Assembly (NCBI GenBank): GCA_038320275.1
Contig: JBBQEB010000089.1
Span: forward strand, 1 to 15,510
DNA from: Myxococcales bacterium
GTDB lineage: Bacteria; Myxococcota; Myxococcia; Myxococcales; Anaeromyxobacteraceae
DNA length: 15,510 nt
Direction: 5' to 3'
Part shown: positions 8,313 through 15,195 of the stretch, piece after piece
Numbering within the stretch: position 1 is the first letter of the stretch
Layout: the number at the start of each line of letters is the position of its first letter
Notes under the pieces: model-generated
The model's database searches: none
What the model was told of the DNA's origin: nothing
The model's input: only the letters and a program-made list of their open reading frames with translations
Made by a program: the position numbers and the translations under genes

Positions 8313-8411
8313 GGTAGAGCATCCGGATCTGGTGACCGGCTCGGTCTTCAAAACCGATGTGTGGTGCTAAACGGCGCTGCAGGCGAGTTCGATTCTCGTG
8401 CTCTACCGCCA
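8313..8411 (+). tRNA. selC: tRNA-Sec (anticodon UCA), 99 nt, 8/5 fold, encoded CCA
   Basis: 8-bp acceptor GGTAGAGC/GCTCTACC; G discriminator plus CCA; D loop TGGT; anticodon stem TCGGT/ACCGA with loop CT-TCA-AA (TCA 8348-8350); long variable arm; T arm GCGAG-TTCGATT-CTCGT. Confidence 0.96.
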
Positions 8412-8563
8412 TGAATTCAGGCGCTTACGCCATGGCGGCCCGGTGACGGTCGCGGCTCCACGGCAGGGCGCGTGCGCGGCCCCGGATCAGCCGCTCCGCG
8501 GGGCTGTCCCTGCTTCGCGCCTCCGGCGCCGATTCCGGGCGCTTCCGAATCACGCGCCTCCGG

Positions 8564-8953
8564 TCAGTCTACTCCTGCCGCCGGGAAGCCCTCGACCTCG
8601 ACCGTGGGGCCTTGCGCGTCGTCATCCTCTGCGAACACGAGCCGGATCCGCTTGCCCAGCGCGCGGGCGATGCGCTGTAGCGTCTCGAACTGCGGAGCCT
8701 GGGGCCCACTGCCCCTCTCGAGCCGAGCCACGGACGGCTGAGAGGATCCGATTTTCTCAGCCAACTGGGCCTGCGTGAGTCCAGCACGCTCGCGCATCGC
8801 GCGGACCGCCACCGCGACCTGATGAACCATGAGTCGCTCCGCGTAGGCCGCGCGGAATCCCGGCTGCTTCAGATGTTCACCCACGACAGAGGACCACGGA
8901 ATCCCCGCCCCGGCTCGCTCCCCACGTCTCGCCTTGGCCGCTCCTCGCTTCAT
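8564..8953 (-). CDS. HigA-like XRE/HTH antitoxin
   Basis: VRAMRERAGLTQAQLAEKIGSSQPSVARLERG...TLQRIARALG; ATG 8953 has SD AAGGAG; alternative GTG 8980 overlaps the toxin stop. Confidence 0.88.
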   Translation of the reverse strand: MKRGAAKARRGERAGAGIPWSSVVGEHLKQPGFRAAYAERLMVHQVAVAVRAMRERAGLTQAQLAEKIGSSQPSVARLERGSGPQAPQFETLQRIARALGKRIRLVFAEDDDAQGPTVEVEGFPAAGVD

Positions 8954-8976
8954 GGTGATCTCCTTCCCGCCCTCAC

Positions 8977-9291
8977 TCACAGCGCCTCCATCCTCGCCCT
9001 GGCAGCTCCGATGCCCCTGCTCTGGTGCTCCTTCTTACAGATGTGCAGCACCCAGATGACGCCGCTTCGCACGCAGTAAAAGGTGCGGAAGCCTCGCGTG
9101 CGGATCTCGTACAGCCCGTGGTTGTTGGCCCCCTTGATGGCCTTCATCGAAATCGGCGCGTGGACGCCATGCGCGCGGAGCGCTTCGATGTCCCCGGCTA
9201 CGAGCGCGCGCTCCCGCTCGGGCATATCGGCAAGGAAGTCAGCAGGCTGAGACCGGCCGGCGCTCGTTGCGTAGAGCCGAAGATCGAGCAC
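8977..9291 (-). CDS. RelE/ParE-superfamily (HigB/Gp49-like) toxin
   Basis: LYATSAGRSQPADFL...GLYEIRTRGFRTFY...IWVLHICKK fits the Gp49-like RelE pattern and lies directly upstream of an HTH antitoxin. Start is GTG 9291 or ATG 9306. Confidence 0.85.
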   Translation of the reverse strand: MLDLRLYATSAGRSQPADFLADMPERERALVAGDIEALRAHGVHAPISMKAIKGANNHGLYEIRTRGFRTFYCVRSGVIWVLHICKKEHQSRGIGAARARMEAL

Positions 9292-9296
9292 AGGCG

Positions 9297-9332
9297 AACA
9301 TAGCATGCGCGGTATGTAGCGAATAGGACTAT
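9297..9332 (-). promoter_or_regulatory. Toxin-antitoxin promoter/operator: extended -10 TGcTATGTT overlapped by imperfect palindromes
   Basis: ACATAGC-N6-GGTATGT (9298-9317) and adjacent GTAG-N9-CTAT (9316-9332); minus-strand TATGTT (9302-9297) lies 5 nt before GTG 9291. Confidence 0.5.
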
Positions 9333-9499
9333 CATTCCGGCCAGGTTGCGTCGGGTCTGCGACGAAGAGGCGCGCTAAACCGTAACGCTACCGGGCGGTC
9401 GCGAGGCTGAGCCCCGGTCTTTCGCGCCCCGGGGTCGGCGCGCGGCGACGGGGCCTTCAGCAACGTGCTCTGTTCATGAGCCGCGGAGGGCGTCGGCGG

Positions 9500-9515
9500 C
9501 GGTGCGGGGCTTGCA
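9500..9515 (+). promoter_or_regulatory. Possible sigma54 promoter for the hemerythrin pair
   Basis: cGGtgcggggcTTGCA has GG-N10-GC spacing and a good -12 element; the -24 element is weak. Confidence 0.35.
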
Positions 9516-9570
9516 AAGACCTCATCCCTCGCGCCGAGGCGCGAGCTGACCCTTTCTGATGGGAGCTGCC

Positions 9571-9990
9571 ATGCTGGCCTGGAGCTCGAAGCTCGCGACG
9601 GGAGTGCCGGACATCGATGCCCAGCACCAGGAGCTCTTCCGGCGGGCGCACGCCGCCGACGCGGCGCTGGGTGACGGCCGCTTCGGTGCCGAGACGACGG
9701 AGCTGCTGGGCTACCTCGCGGACTACTGCGCCACCCACTTCGACATGGAGCGGCGCCTCATGGCGCGCGCCGGCTTTCCTCGCCAGGCGGAGCACGCGGC
9801 CGAGCATGCCTGGTTCACCCTGGCGCTGCGCTCGCTCTCGCGCGACCTCGCGCTCGGCAAGACCGAGGGGCTCGCGATGCGCCTCAACGAGCTCGTCCTC
9901 TCCTGGCTGGTGAAGCACATCGACTCCACCGACAAACAGCTCGCAGCCTACCTGGTCGCCTGCAGGTCGGTGGGCGGGGAGGTGCGCTGA
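9571..9990 (+). CDS. Single-domain bacteriohemerythrin 1 (139 aa)
   Basis: W4, TG...IDAQH; full ligand set H19, H56, E60, H75, H79, H116, D121; SD GGGAG at 9561. Confidence 0.93.
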   Translation: MLAWSSKLATGVPDIDAQHQELFRRAHAADAALGDGRFGAETTELLGYLADYCATHFDMERRLMARAGFPRQAEHAAEHAWFTLALRSLSRDLALGKTEGLAMRLNELVLSWLVKHIDSTDKQLAAYLVACRSVGGEVR

Positions 9991-9991
9991 C

Positions 9992-10420
9992 ATGTTCGCC
10001 TGGGACCCAGAGCTCGAGACGGGGATCCCCACCGTCGATGCGCAGCACCGCGCCATCTTCGAGGCGGTAGAGGGGTGCGAGGAGGCGATGCGAACCGGGT
10101 TGGAGGGTGGGCGGGTCGAGGAGACGTTCGCCCATCTTCACGAGTACGTGGCGTTGCACTTCGCGGCCGAGGAGCGGCTCATGCGGGACGTCCGCTACCC
10201 GGGCCTCGCGAGCCAGGTCCGCGAGCACCGCGAGTTCTCCCAGCGCCTCCAGCTCCTCGTGCCGCTGTGGGACTCGGAAGGGGACTCCGTCGTCGTCCGC
10301 GGCGTCCTGCTCAGCTTCTTGCGAGCCTGGCTGGTGGATCACCTGAGCACGAGCGACCGGCTTCTGGCGACCTATCTGGCGGAGCCGGCCGGGCGCCTGC
10401 GTACCAGGCGCGCCGGCTGA
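9992..10420 (+). CDS. Single-domain bacteriohemerythrin 2 (142 aa), with Gln at ligand position 75
   Basis: VDAQH, HFAAEERLM, YPGLASQVREH, WLVDHLSTSD; starts 1 nt after the hemerythrin 1 stop, SD GGAGG. Confidence 0.92.
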   Translation: MFAWDPELETGIPTVDAQHRAIFEAVEGCEEAMRTGLEGGRVEETFAHLHEYVALHFAAEERLMRDVRYPGLASQVREHREFSQRLQLLVPLWDSEGDSVVVRGVLLSFLRAWLVDHLSTSDRLLATYLAEPAGRLRTRRAG

Positions 10421-10567
10421 GAGCTGAACGCGGGGGCAGCGCTCCGACTCCGGTCGCGAGCGCACTGCTGCGCGCGCGCGCGGTGCGCCCGCCACCCGAA
10501 GGAAGAGTCTCCCCGGGCGCGCCGACTCGAGCCCTCTCCTTCGAGCTCGAGCCGGCCGCGAGCGCTA

Positions 10568-12688
10568 TCAGGCTCGCGCCTGCGGAGCGCGTCGCCGGGA
10601 GGACAGGTGCGCCATGGGAGGCTTCGAGCTCATCCCCGGGCTCTGGGGCGAAGGAGCGGCCCCGAGCCTCGGTCCCTCCTCCAGCCGGAAGGTGCGGACC
10701 ATCGCGGCCAAAGCCTCGGATTGACCTGCCAGCTCGGCCGCGGCCGACGAGGCCTCCTCGGAGGAGGCTGCGTTCTGCTGGGTCACCTGGTCCATCTGCC
10801 CGACGGCGGTGGTGATCTGTGCCAGCCCGCCGGCCTGCTCCTTCGAGGACGCGCTGATCTCCTCGACGATGCCGGCCACGCCGGAGATGGCGGAGGTGAT
10901 CTCGGAGAGCTTCGTCCCCACCTCGAGGGCGGTCGCCTCCCCTTCTCCGGCCTGCCTCACCGACTCACGGATGAGCTCCTCGGTCTTGGTGGCCGCCTCC
11001 TTGGCGCGCAGCGCGAGCGAGCGCACCTCTTCCGCCACCACCGCGAACCCGCGGCCGGCCTCGCCCGCCCGGGCGGCCTCCACCGCGGCATTCAGCGCGA
11101 GGAGGTTCGTCTGGAAGGCGATCTCGTTGATGTCCTTGATGATGGCCGAGGTGCTCTCGGCGGCTGCCTTCACCTTCGACATGGCGCCGCTCATCCGCTC
11201 CATGGAGGCGCCGCCGGCCTCCGCGGCCTTGTGCGCCGTGTGGGTGAGCGCGTTGGCCTGCGCGGCGTTGGCAGCCGCGCCCTTCGTCGCGGCCGCCAGG
11301 GACTCCAGCTGGGAGCTCGTCTCCTCGAGCGAGCTCGCCTGCTCGGAGGCGCCGCTCGCGACCGACTGGCTGGCGGAGGCGATCTGCCCCGCGGCCGAGG
11401 AGACCTCGCCCACCGCCTGGGAGACCTGGGACAGCGCGCCATGGAGCGCGTCGGCCGCCGCGTTGACGGTGACCTTCATCTGGTCGAACGCGCCCAGGTA
11501 GGAGCCCGTCATGCGCAGGGAGAGGTCACGCGCAGCCACGCCCGAGAGCACGCTCACGGTCTCCTTCATCGGGGCCACGTTGGCGTCCAGCATGCCGTGC
11601 ACGCCCTCCAGCACCCGCCGGTAGTCGCCCTGGTGACGCGTCACGTCCGCCCGCTCCGAGAGCCGTCCTTCCGCGGCGGCGTTCGCCAGCATCCGCGCGT
11701 CGTCGAGGAGCGACTGGAGGGCTCCGATACAGGTGTTGAGGTTTTCCTTGATGGCGTTGAAGTCGCCCAGGTACGCCTCGGTGATCTTCGGGGGGAGGTC
11801 GCCCTTCGAGATCCGGTCCACGTAGCTGGCGGTGGTCTCGATGGGCTTCTTGAACGCCTCCATGGTGGCGTTCATCCCCTCGACGATGCCCCGGAACTCG
11901 AAGTTCACGGCTGCGGCGTCGCCTCTCACCGAGAGGTTTCCCGCTTGCACCGCCGTCGTCAGCCGGGCGGCTTCGCGCGTGAGGACGCTTACGATGCCAG
12001 CCGTGAAGCGGGACAGGACGAGCGCCACCCCGACGAGAAGCGCGGCGATGAGGGCGACGAGAACGGCCTGCAGCAGCACCGCCGACGCCACCGCGTCCTC
12101 GGCGGCCTTCCGCTCCTCGACCGCATGCGAATTCGTGAGCTCCTGGATGCCGTCGATGGGCTTCTGGGCCTCGATGACGAGCTTGCGCGCGGAATCCCAG
12201 GCGCCGAACATCTTCGCCTCGACGGCAAGGACCTCCGGTGACGAGGCGCCACGCGCGGCCACCAGGCGATCGCGCTCCTCCGACAGCTCCCCGATGCGAT
12301 CCACCTCCGCGCGCCAGCGGGCGACCACGCTCTGCCAGGTCGCGTACATGGAGAGCGCCTTGTTACTGTGGGGGACGCCCTTCCATTTCCTGCCTGCGTC
12401 CTCGAGCGCCCTCCAGGACGCCTGGAGAATGGACCGCTGCTCCGCTGCAAACCCACCGGTGGCCTTGAACACGAAGAGCGCGTTCACCCTCCTCATCACC
12501 TGGTTCATCTCGGCCGTGATCGCGCCCAGCGCCTCGATGCTCGGGACCTTCTGATTGGCGATCCGGTCGAGGTGCGTCGAGACCTGGGTCACGCCCCGGT
12601 ACGACATTGCGCCCTGGACCAGCGAGAGGGCGAGCGCAACCGCGAACGCCGCGAAGATCTTCCCGCCCAGCTTCATCCTGCTCAGCAT
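10568..12688 (-). CDS. Methyl-accepting chemotaxis protein: TM1, four-helix-bundle-like sensor, TM2, repeated HAMP-like units, signalling domain
   Basis: [37 protein letters not shown]; two hydrophobic segments; repeats GNLSVR..., KGDLPPKI...[14 protein letters not shown]...GDYRRV, ARDLSLR...GAFDQMK; ATG 12688 after GAAGGGGAG. Confidence 0.96.
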   Translation of the reverse strand: MLSRMKLGGKIFAAFAVALALSLVQGAMSYRGVTQVSTHLDRIANQKVPSIEALGAITAEMNQVMRRVNALFVFKATGGFAAEQRSILQASWRALEDAGRKWKGVPHSNKALSMYATWQSVVARWRAEVDRIGELSEERDRLVAARGASSPEVLAVEAKMFGAWDSARKLVIEAQKPIDGIQELTNSHAVEERKAAEDAVASAVLLQAVLVALIAALLVGVALVLSRFTAGIVSVLTREAARLTTAVQAGNLSVRGDAAAVNFEFRGIVEGMNATMEAFKKPIETTASYVDRISKGDLPPKITEAYLGDFNAIKENLNTCIGALQSLLDDARMLANAAAEGRLSERADVTRHQGDYRRVLEGVHGMLDANVAPMKETVSVLSGVAARDLSLRMTGSYLGAFDQMKVTVNAAADALHGALSQVSQAVGEVSSAAGQIASASQSVASGASEQASSLEETSSQLESLAAATKGAAANAAQANALTHTAHKAAEAGGASMERMSGAMSKVKAAAESTSAIIKDINEIAFQTNLLALNAAVEAARAGEAGRGFAVVAEEVRSLALRAKEAATKTEELIRESVRQAGEGEATALEVGTKLSEITSAISGVAGIVEEISASSKEQAGGLAQITTAVGQMDQVTQQNAASSEEASSAAAELAGQSEALAAMVRTFRLEEGPRLGAAPSPQSPGMSSKPPMAHLSSRRRAPQARA

Positions 12689-12949
12689 GTGCTCCCCTTC
12701 CGGCGCCGCCGGTCCTGGTGACCGCGAGCAACTATGCGCGCTTCGTGCCCACCGTGGACCCTGCGGGCGTTTCACGGAAGGGCGAATACGAAGGGGAGAA
12801 TCACGCCAGGGGGCTGTGCTTTTCATCCGCGCGCGAAACGCACGTCGCGCCCTCTTGCAGGGGGAAGATGCGGGTTTACTCTTACCCGGGGGCGCGGTGG
12901 ACCCGGGTGCCTGGGAGGGCGAGGTGACGGAAGTCTTCTCGAAGCACCT

Positions 12950-14251
12950 TCAGACGTCGGGCGCGCTCACGACCTCGGCAACCCCGCCCTGCAGTTCCTT
13001 GGTGCGCGGGAGCACGAGGTTGAGGAGGATGCCCACGTAGGTGGCGAGGGGCATCTCGGAGAGCTCCACCGGGCCCACGTGGATCTTCGCGCCGCCGATC
13101 CCGATGACGAGGATGACCGAGGCGATGATGAGATTTCGCTTCTGCGAGAAGTCGATACCCGCTTCCACCAGCATCCGGATGCCAGCCGAAGCGATGATCC
13201 CGAAGAGCAGGATGGCGATGCCGCCCATGACCTGCACCGGGATGGAGCGGATGAGCGCGCCCACCTGGGGAAGGAACGACATCACGATGGCAATGACGGC
13301 CGCGCCGCCGATGACCCAGACGCTGAAGACGCGCGTGATGGCCATCACGCCGATGTTCTCGCCGTAAGTGGTGTTGGGGGGGCCTCCGATGAACCCGGCG
13401 AAGGCGGTGGCGACCCCGTCGCCCGCCAGCGAGCGGTGTAGCCCGGGGTCCTTCAGGAAGTCTCGCCCGACCACGTTGTTCGTCACGATGAGGTGGCCGA
13501 TGTGCTCCGTGATCACGACCAGCGAGATGGGCGCCATCATGAGGATGGCGGAGGCGCTGAAGCGCGGGAACACGAAGGGCGGGACCGCGAACGGAGCGGC
13601 GTGGCGCACGCCGGAGAAGTCCACCTGCCCGAAGGCGAAGGCGACGAGATAGCCGCCCAGGATCCCGATGAGAATGGGGATGACGCCCAGGAAGCCGCGG
13701 AAGAAGACCGCCGCCAGGATGGCGATGGCGAGCGAGGCCATGGCGACCCCGAAGAACTCCGGGTGGTAGGCGGAGGTGGCGCCCTTCGTCGCCATGCCCA
13801 CCGCGACGCCGGCGAGCCCGAGCCCGATCACCATCACCACCGACCCGATCACCACGGGTGGCAGGATGAAGTCGATCCAGCCCGAGCCGAAGCGGGCGAT
13901 GATCCCCGCCACCACGAGGTAGATCAGCCCAACCACGACGCAGCCGCCCATGGCGAGCCCGATCTTCTCGGCGCTTCCCACCTGCCCCGGGGTCGCGCCG
14001 ATGATGGAGGCCATGGCAGCGATGAAGGCGAAGGACGAGCCGAGATAGGCCGGCACCTTTCCCTTGGTGACGAGGATGTAGAGGAGGGTGCCGACCCCGC
14101 TCGAGAAGAGCGTCACGCTCGTGTCGAGGCCGACGAGGTACGGCACGAGCACCGTCGCCCCGAACATCGCGAAGAGGTGCTGGAGGCTCAGCGGGATGGA
14201 CGTGAGGAGGGGCAACCTTTCGCCAACGTCCACCGTGCGGTCGAGGGTCAT
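12950..14251 (-). CDS. uraA: Uracil permease (NCS2 family)
   Basis: LSLQHLFAMFGATVLVP, PAYLGSSFAFI, EHIGH, DPGLHRSL and TTYGENIGVMAITRVFS match UraA signatures. Confidence 0.93.
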   Translation of the reverse strand: MTLDRTVDVGERLPLLTSIPLSLQHLFAMFGATVLVPYLVGLDTSVTLFSSGVGTLLYILVTKGKVPAYLGSSFAFIAAMASIIGATPGQVGSAEKIGLAMGGCVVVGLIYLVVAGIIARFGSGWIDFILPPVVIGSVVMVIGLGLAGVAVGMATKGATSAYHPEFFGVAMASLAIAILAAVFFRGFLGVIPILIGILGGYLVAFAFGQVDFSGVRHAAPFAVPPFVFPRFSASAILMMAPISLVVITEHIGHLIVTNNVVGRDFLKDPGLHRSLAGDGVATAFAGFIGGPPNTTYGENIGVMAITRVFSVWVIGGAAVIAIVMSFLPQVGALIRSIPVQVMGGIAILLFGIIASAGIRMLVEAGIDFSQKRNLIIASVILVIGIGGAKIHVGPVELSEMPLATYVGILLNLVLPRTKELQGGVAEVVSAPDV

Positions 14252-14292
14252 GAGGCGGTCTCTTATTCGCCTCCTCTGACAGCGAGGGCTCC

Positions 14293-14321
14293 TCGACCCG
14301 CCGCGTGTCCCGCGGTACGCT
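14293..14321 (+). promoter_or_regulatory. Sigma70-type promoter for the CdaR-MCP fusion gene
   Basis: TCGACC (14293-14298), 17-nt spacer, TACGCT (14316-14321); ATG 14331 follows 9 nt later with no SD. Confidence 0.5.
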
Positions 14322-14330
14322 CGTCGGCGC

Positions 14331-15188
14331 ATGGATCCCGACGTCCGCCAGCTCGCCGCACGCTTCCTCGACTTCGTCTACAAGGCCACGCGACTGCCCA
14401 TGATCGTGTGCGACGAAGGTGGGAGGATCGTCTGTGCGGTCGACAGGTCGCGCATCGGGGTGGAGCACGCGGGGGCGCAGCGCATCCTTCGCGGCGAGGC
14501 GAGCGAGGTGTTCGTCACGGCGGAAGATGCGGCGCGCGACCCCACGATGAAGGAAGGTTGCAACGTCCCCATCACCATCGAAGGCAAGCGGGTGGGCACC
14601 TTCGGGCTCGCCGGTCCGCTCGAGGTGGCCCAGCCGGTGACGCGCATCTCGGCCGCCATGCTTGTGTCGTGGGTGGACGAGCGGCGGCGGCAAGAGGCGC
14701 TGTCGGCGGCAGCTTCGCGGGTGCTGGAGGGCGTGAAGCACGTCTCCGCCCGGGTGGCCAGCGTCTCCGGGGAAGCAGCCGAGGTGGAAGGCCTCATGGT
14801 GGCCGCGACCTCCGAGGCGCGCACCAAGATCGAGCGCAGCCATCAGATCGTCCGCTCGGTGGGCGACATCGCGCAGAAGAGCCGCATCCTCAGCATCAAC
14901 GGCTCGGTGGAGGCGTCGCGCGCGGGCGAGCTCGGGCGCGCCTTCGCGGTCGTTGCCCGCGAGATGCTGGCGCTGGCGCAGGACGCGCGAGGCGCGGCGA
15001 ACGGCATCCAGACTACGCTGGGCGAGGTGGAGGCCGCCGTCGGCCGCCTCGAGGGCGCGATGAAACGCTCGTCCGCGCTGGCGCGCAGCCAGACGGACGC
15101 CCTGACGGACGTGCAGGGCGTCGTGAACGAGCTTCAGAAGGCTGTGGCGGAGCTGGCTCGGGGAAGCGGCGCCCGGGCCAGCCCGTGA
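14331..15188 (+). CDS. Soluble chemoreceptor-like protein: CdaR-type sugar-diacid recognition domain plus a short MCP signalling domain
   Basis: N-terminus IVCDEGGRIVCAVDRSRIGVEHAGA...GCNVPITIEGKRVGTFGLAG resembles the CdaR N-domain; C-terminus IAQKSRILSINGSVEASRAGELGRAFAVVAREM; no transmembrane segment. Confidence 0.85.
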   Translation: MDPDVRQLAARFLDFVYKATRLPMIVCDEGGRIVCAVDRSRIGVEHAGAQRILRGEASEVFVTAEDAARDPTMKEGCNVPITIEGKRVGTFGLAGPLEVAQPVTRISAAMLVSWVDERRRQEALSAAASRVLEGVKHVSARVASVSGEAAEVEGLMVAATSEARTKIERSHQIVRSVGDIAQKSRILSINGSVEASRAGELGRAFAVVAREMLALAQDARGAANGIQTTLGEVEAAVGRLEGAMKRSSALARSQTDALTDVQGVVNELQKAVAELARGSGARASP

Positions 15189-15195
15189 GCTCAGC

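Noticed and set aside
8310..8410. tRNA with a novel 9- to 12-bp acceptor stem
   Set aside because: It parses cleanly as the canonical 8/5 tRNA-Sec; the extra pairs come from the leader or compete with the T stem.
9370..9395. GCTAAAC...GCTACC resembling fragments of selC (possible attR)
   Set aside because: The matches are only 6-7 nt and not contiguous; no real duplication of the tRNA 3' end exists in the window.
10421..10567. Hairpins between the convergent hemerythrin and MCP genes, and at 12884..12908 after uraA, as intrinsic terminators
   Set aside because: The stems are imperfect and GC-rich with no U-tracts, so they cannot be told apart from chance.
12690..12880. c-di-GMP-I/cGAMP (GEMM-I) riboswitch upstream of the MCP
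   Set aside because: The conserved GGCAAA, GNRA/receptor and GCAAAG elements are not present in the required order.
14268..14283. PyrR-binding loop upstream of uraA (TGTCAGAGGAGGCG)
   Set aside because: It only loosely resembles ARUCCNGNGAGGYU, and there is no U-rich lower stem or terminator/antiterminator.
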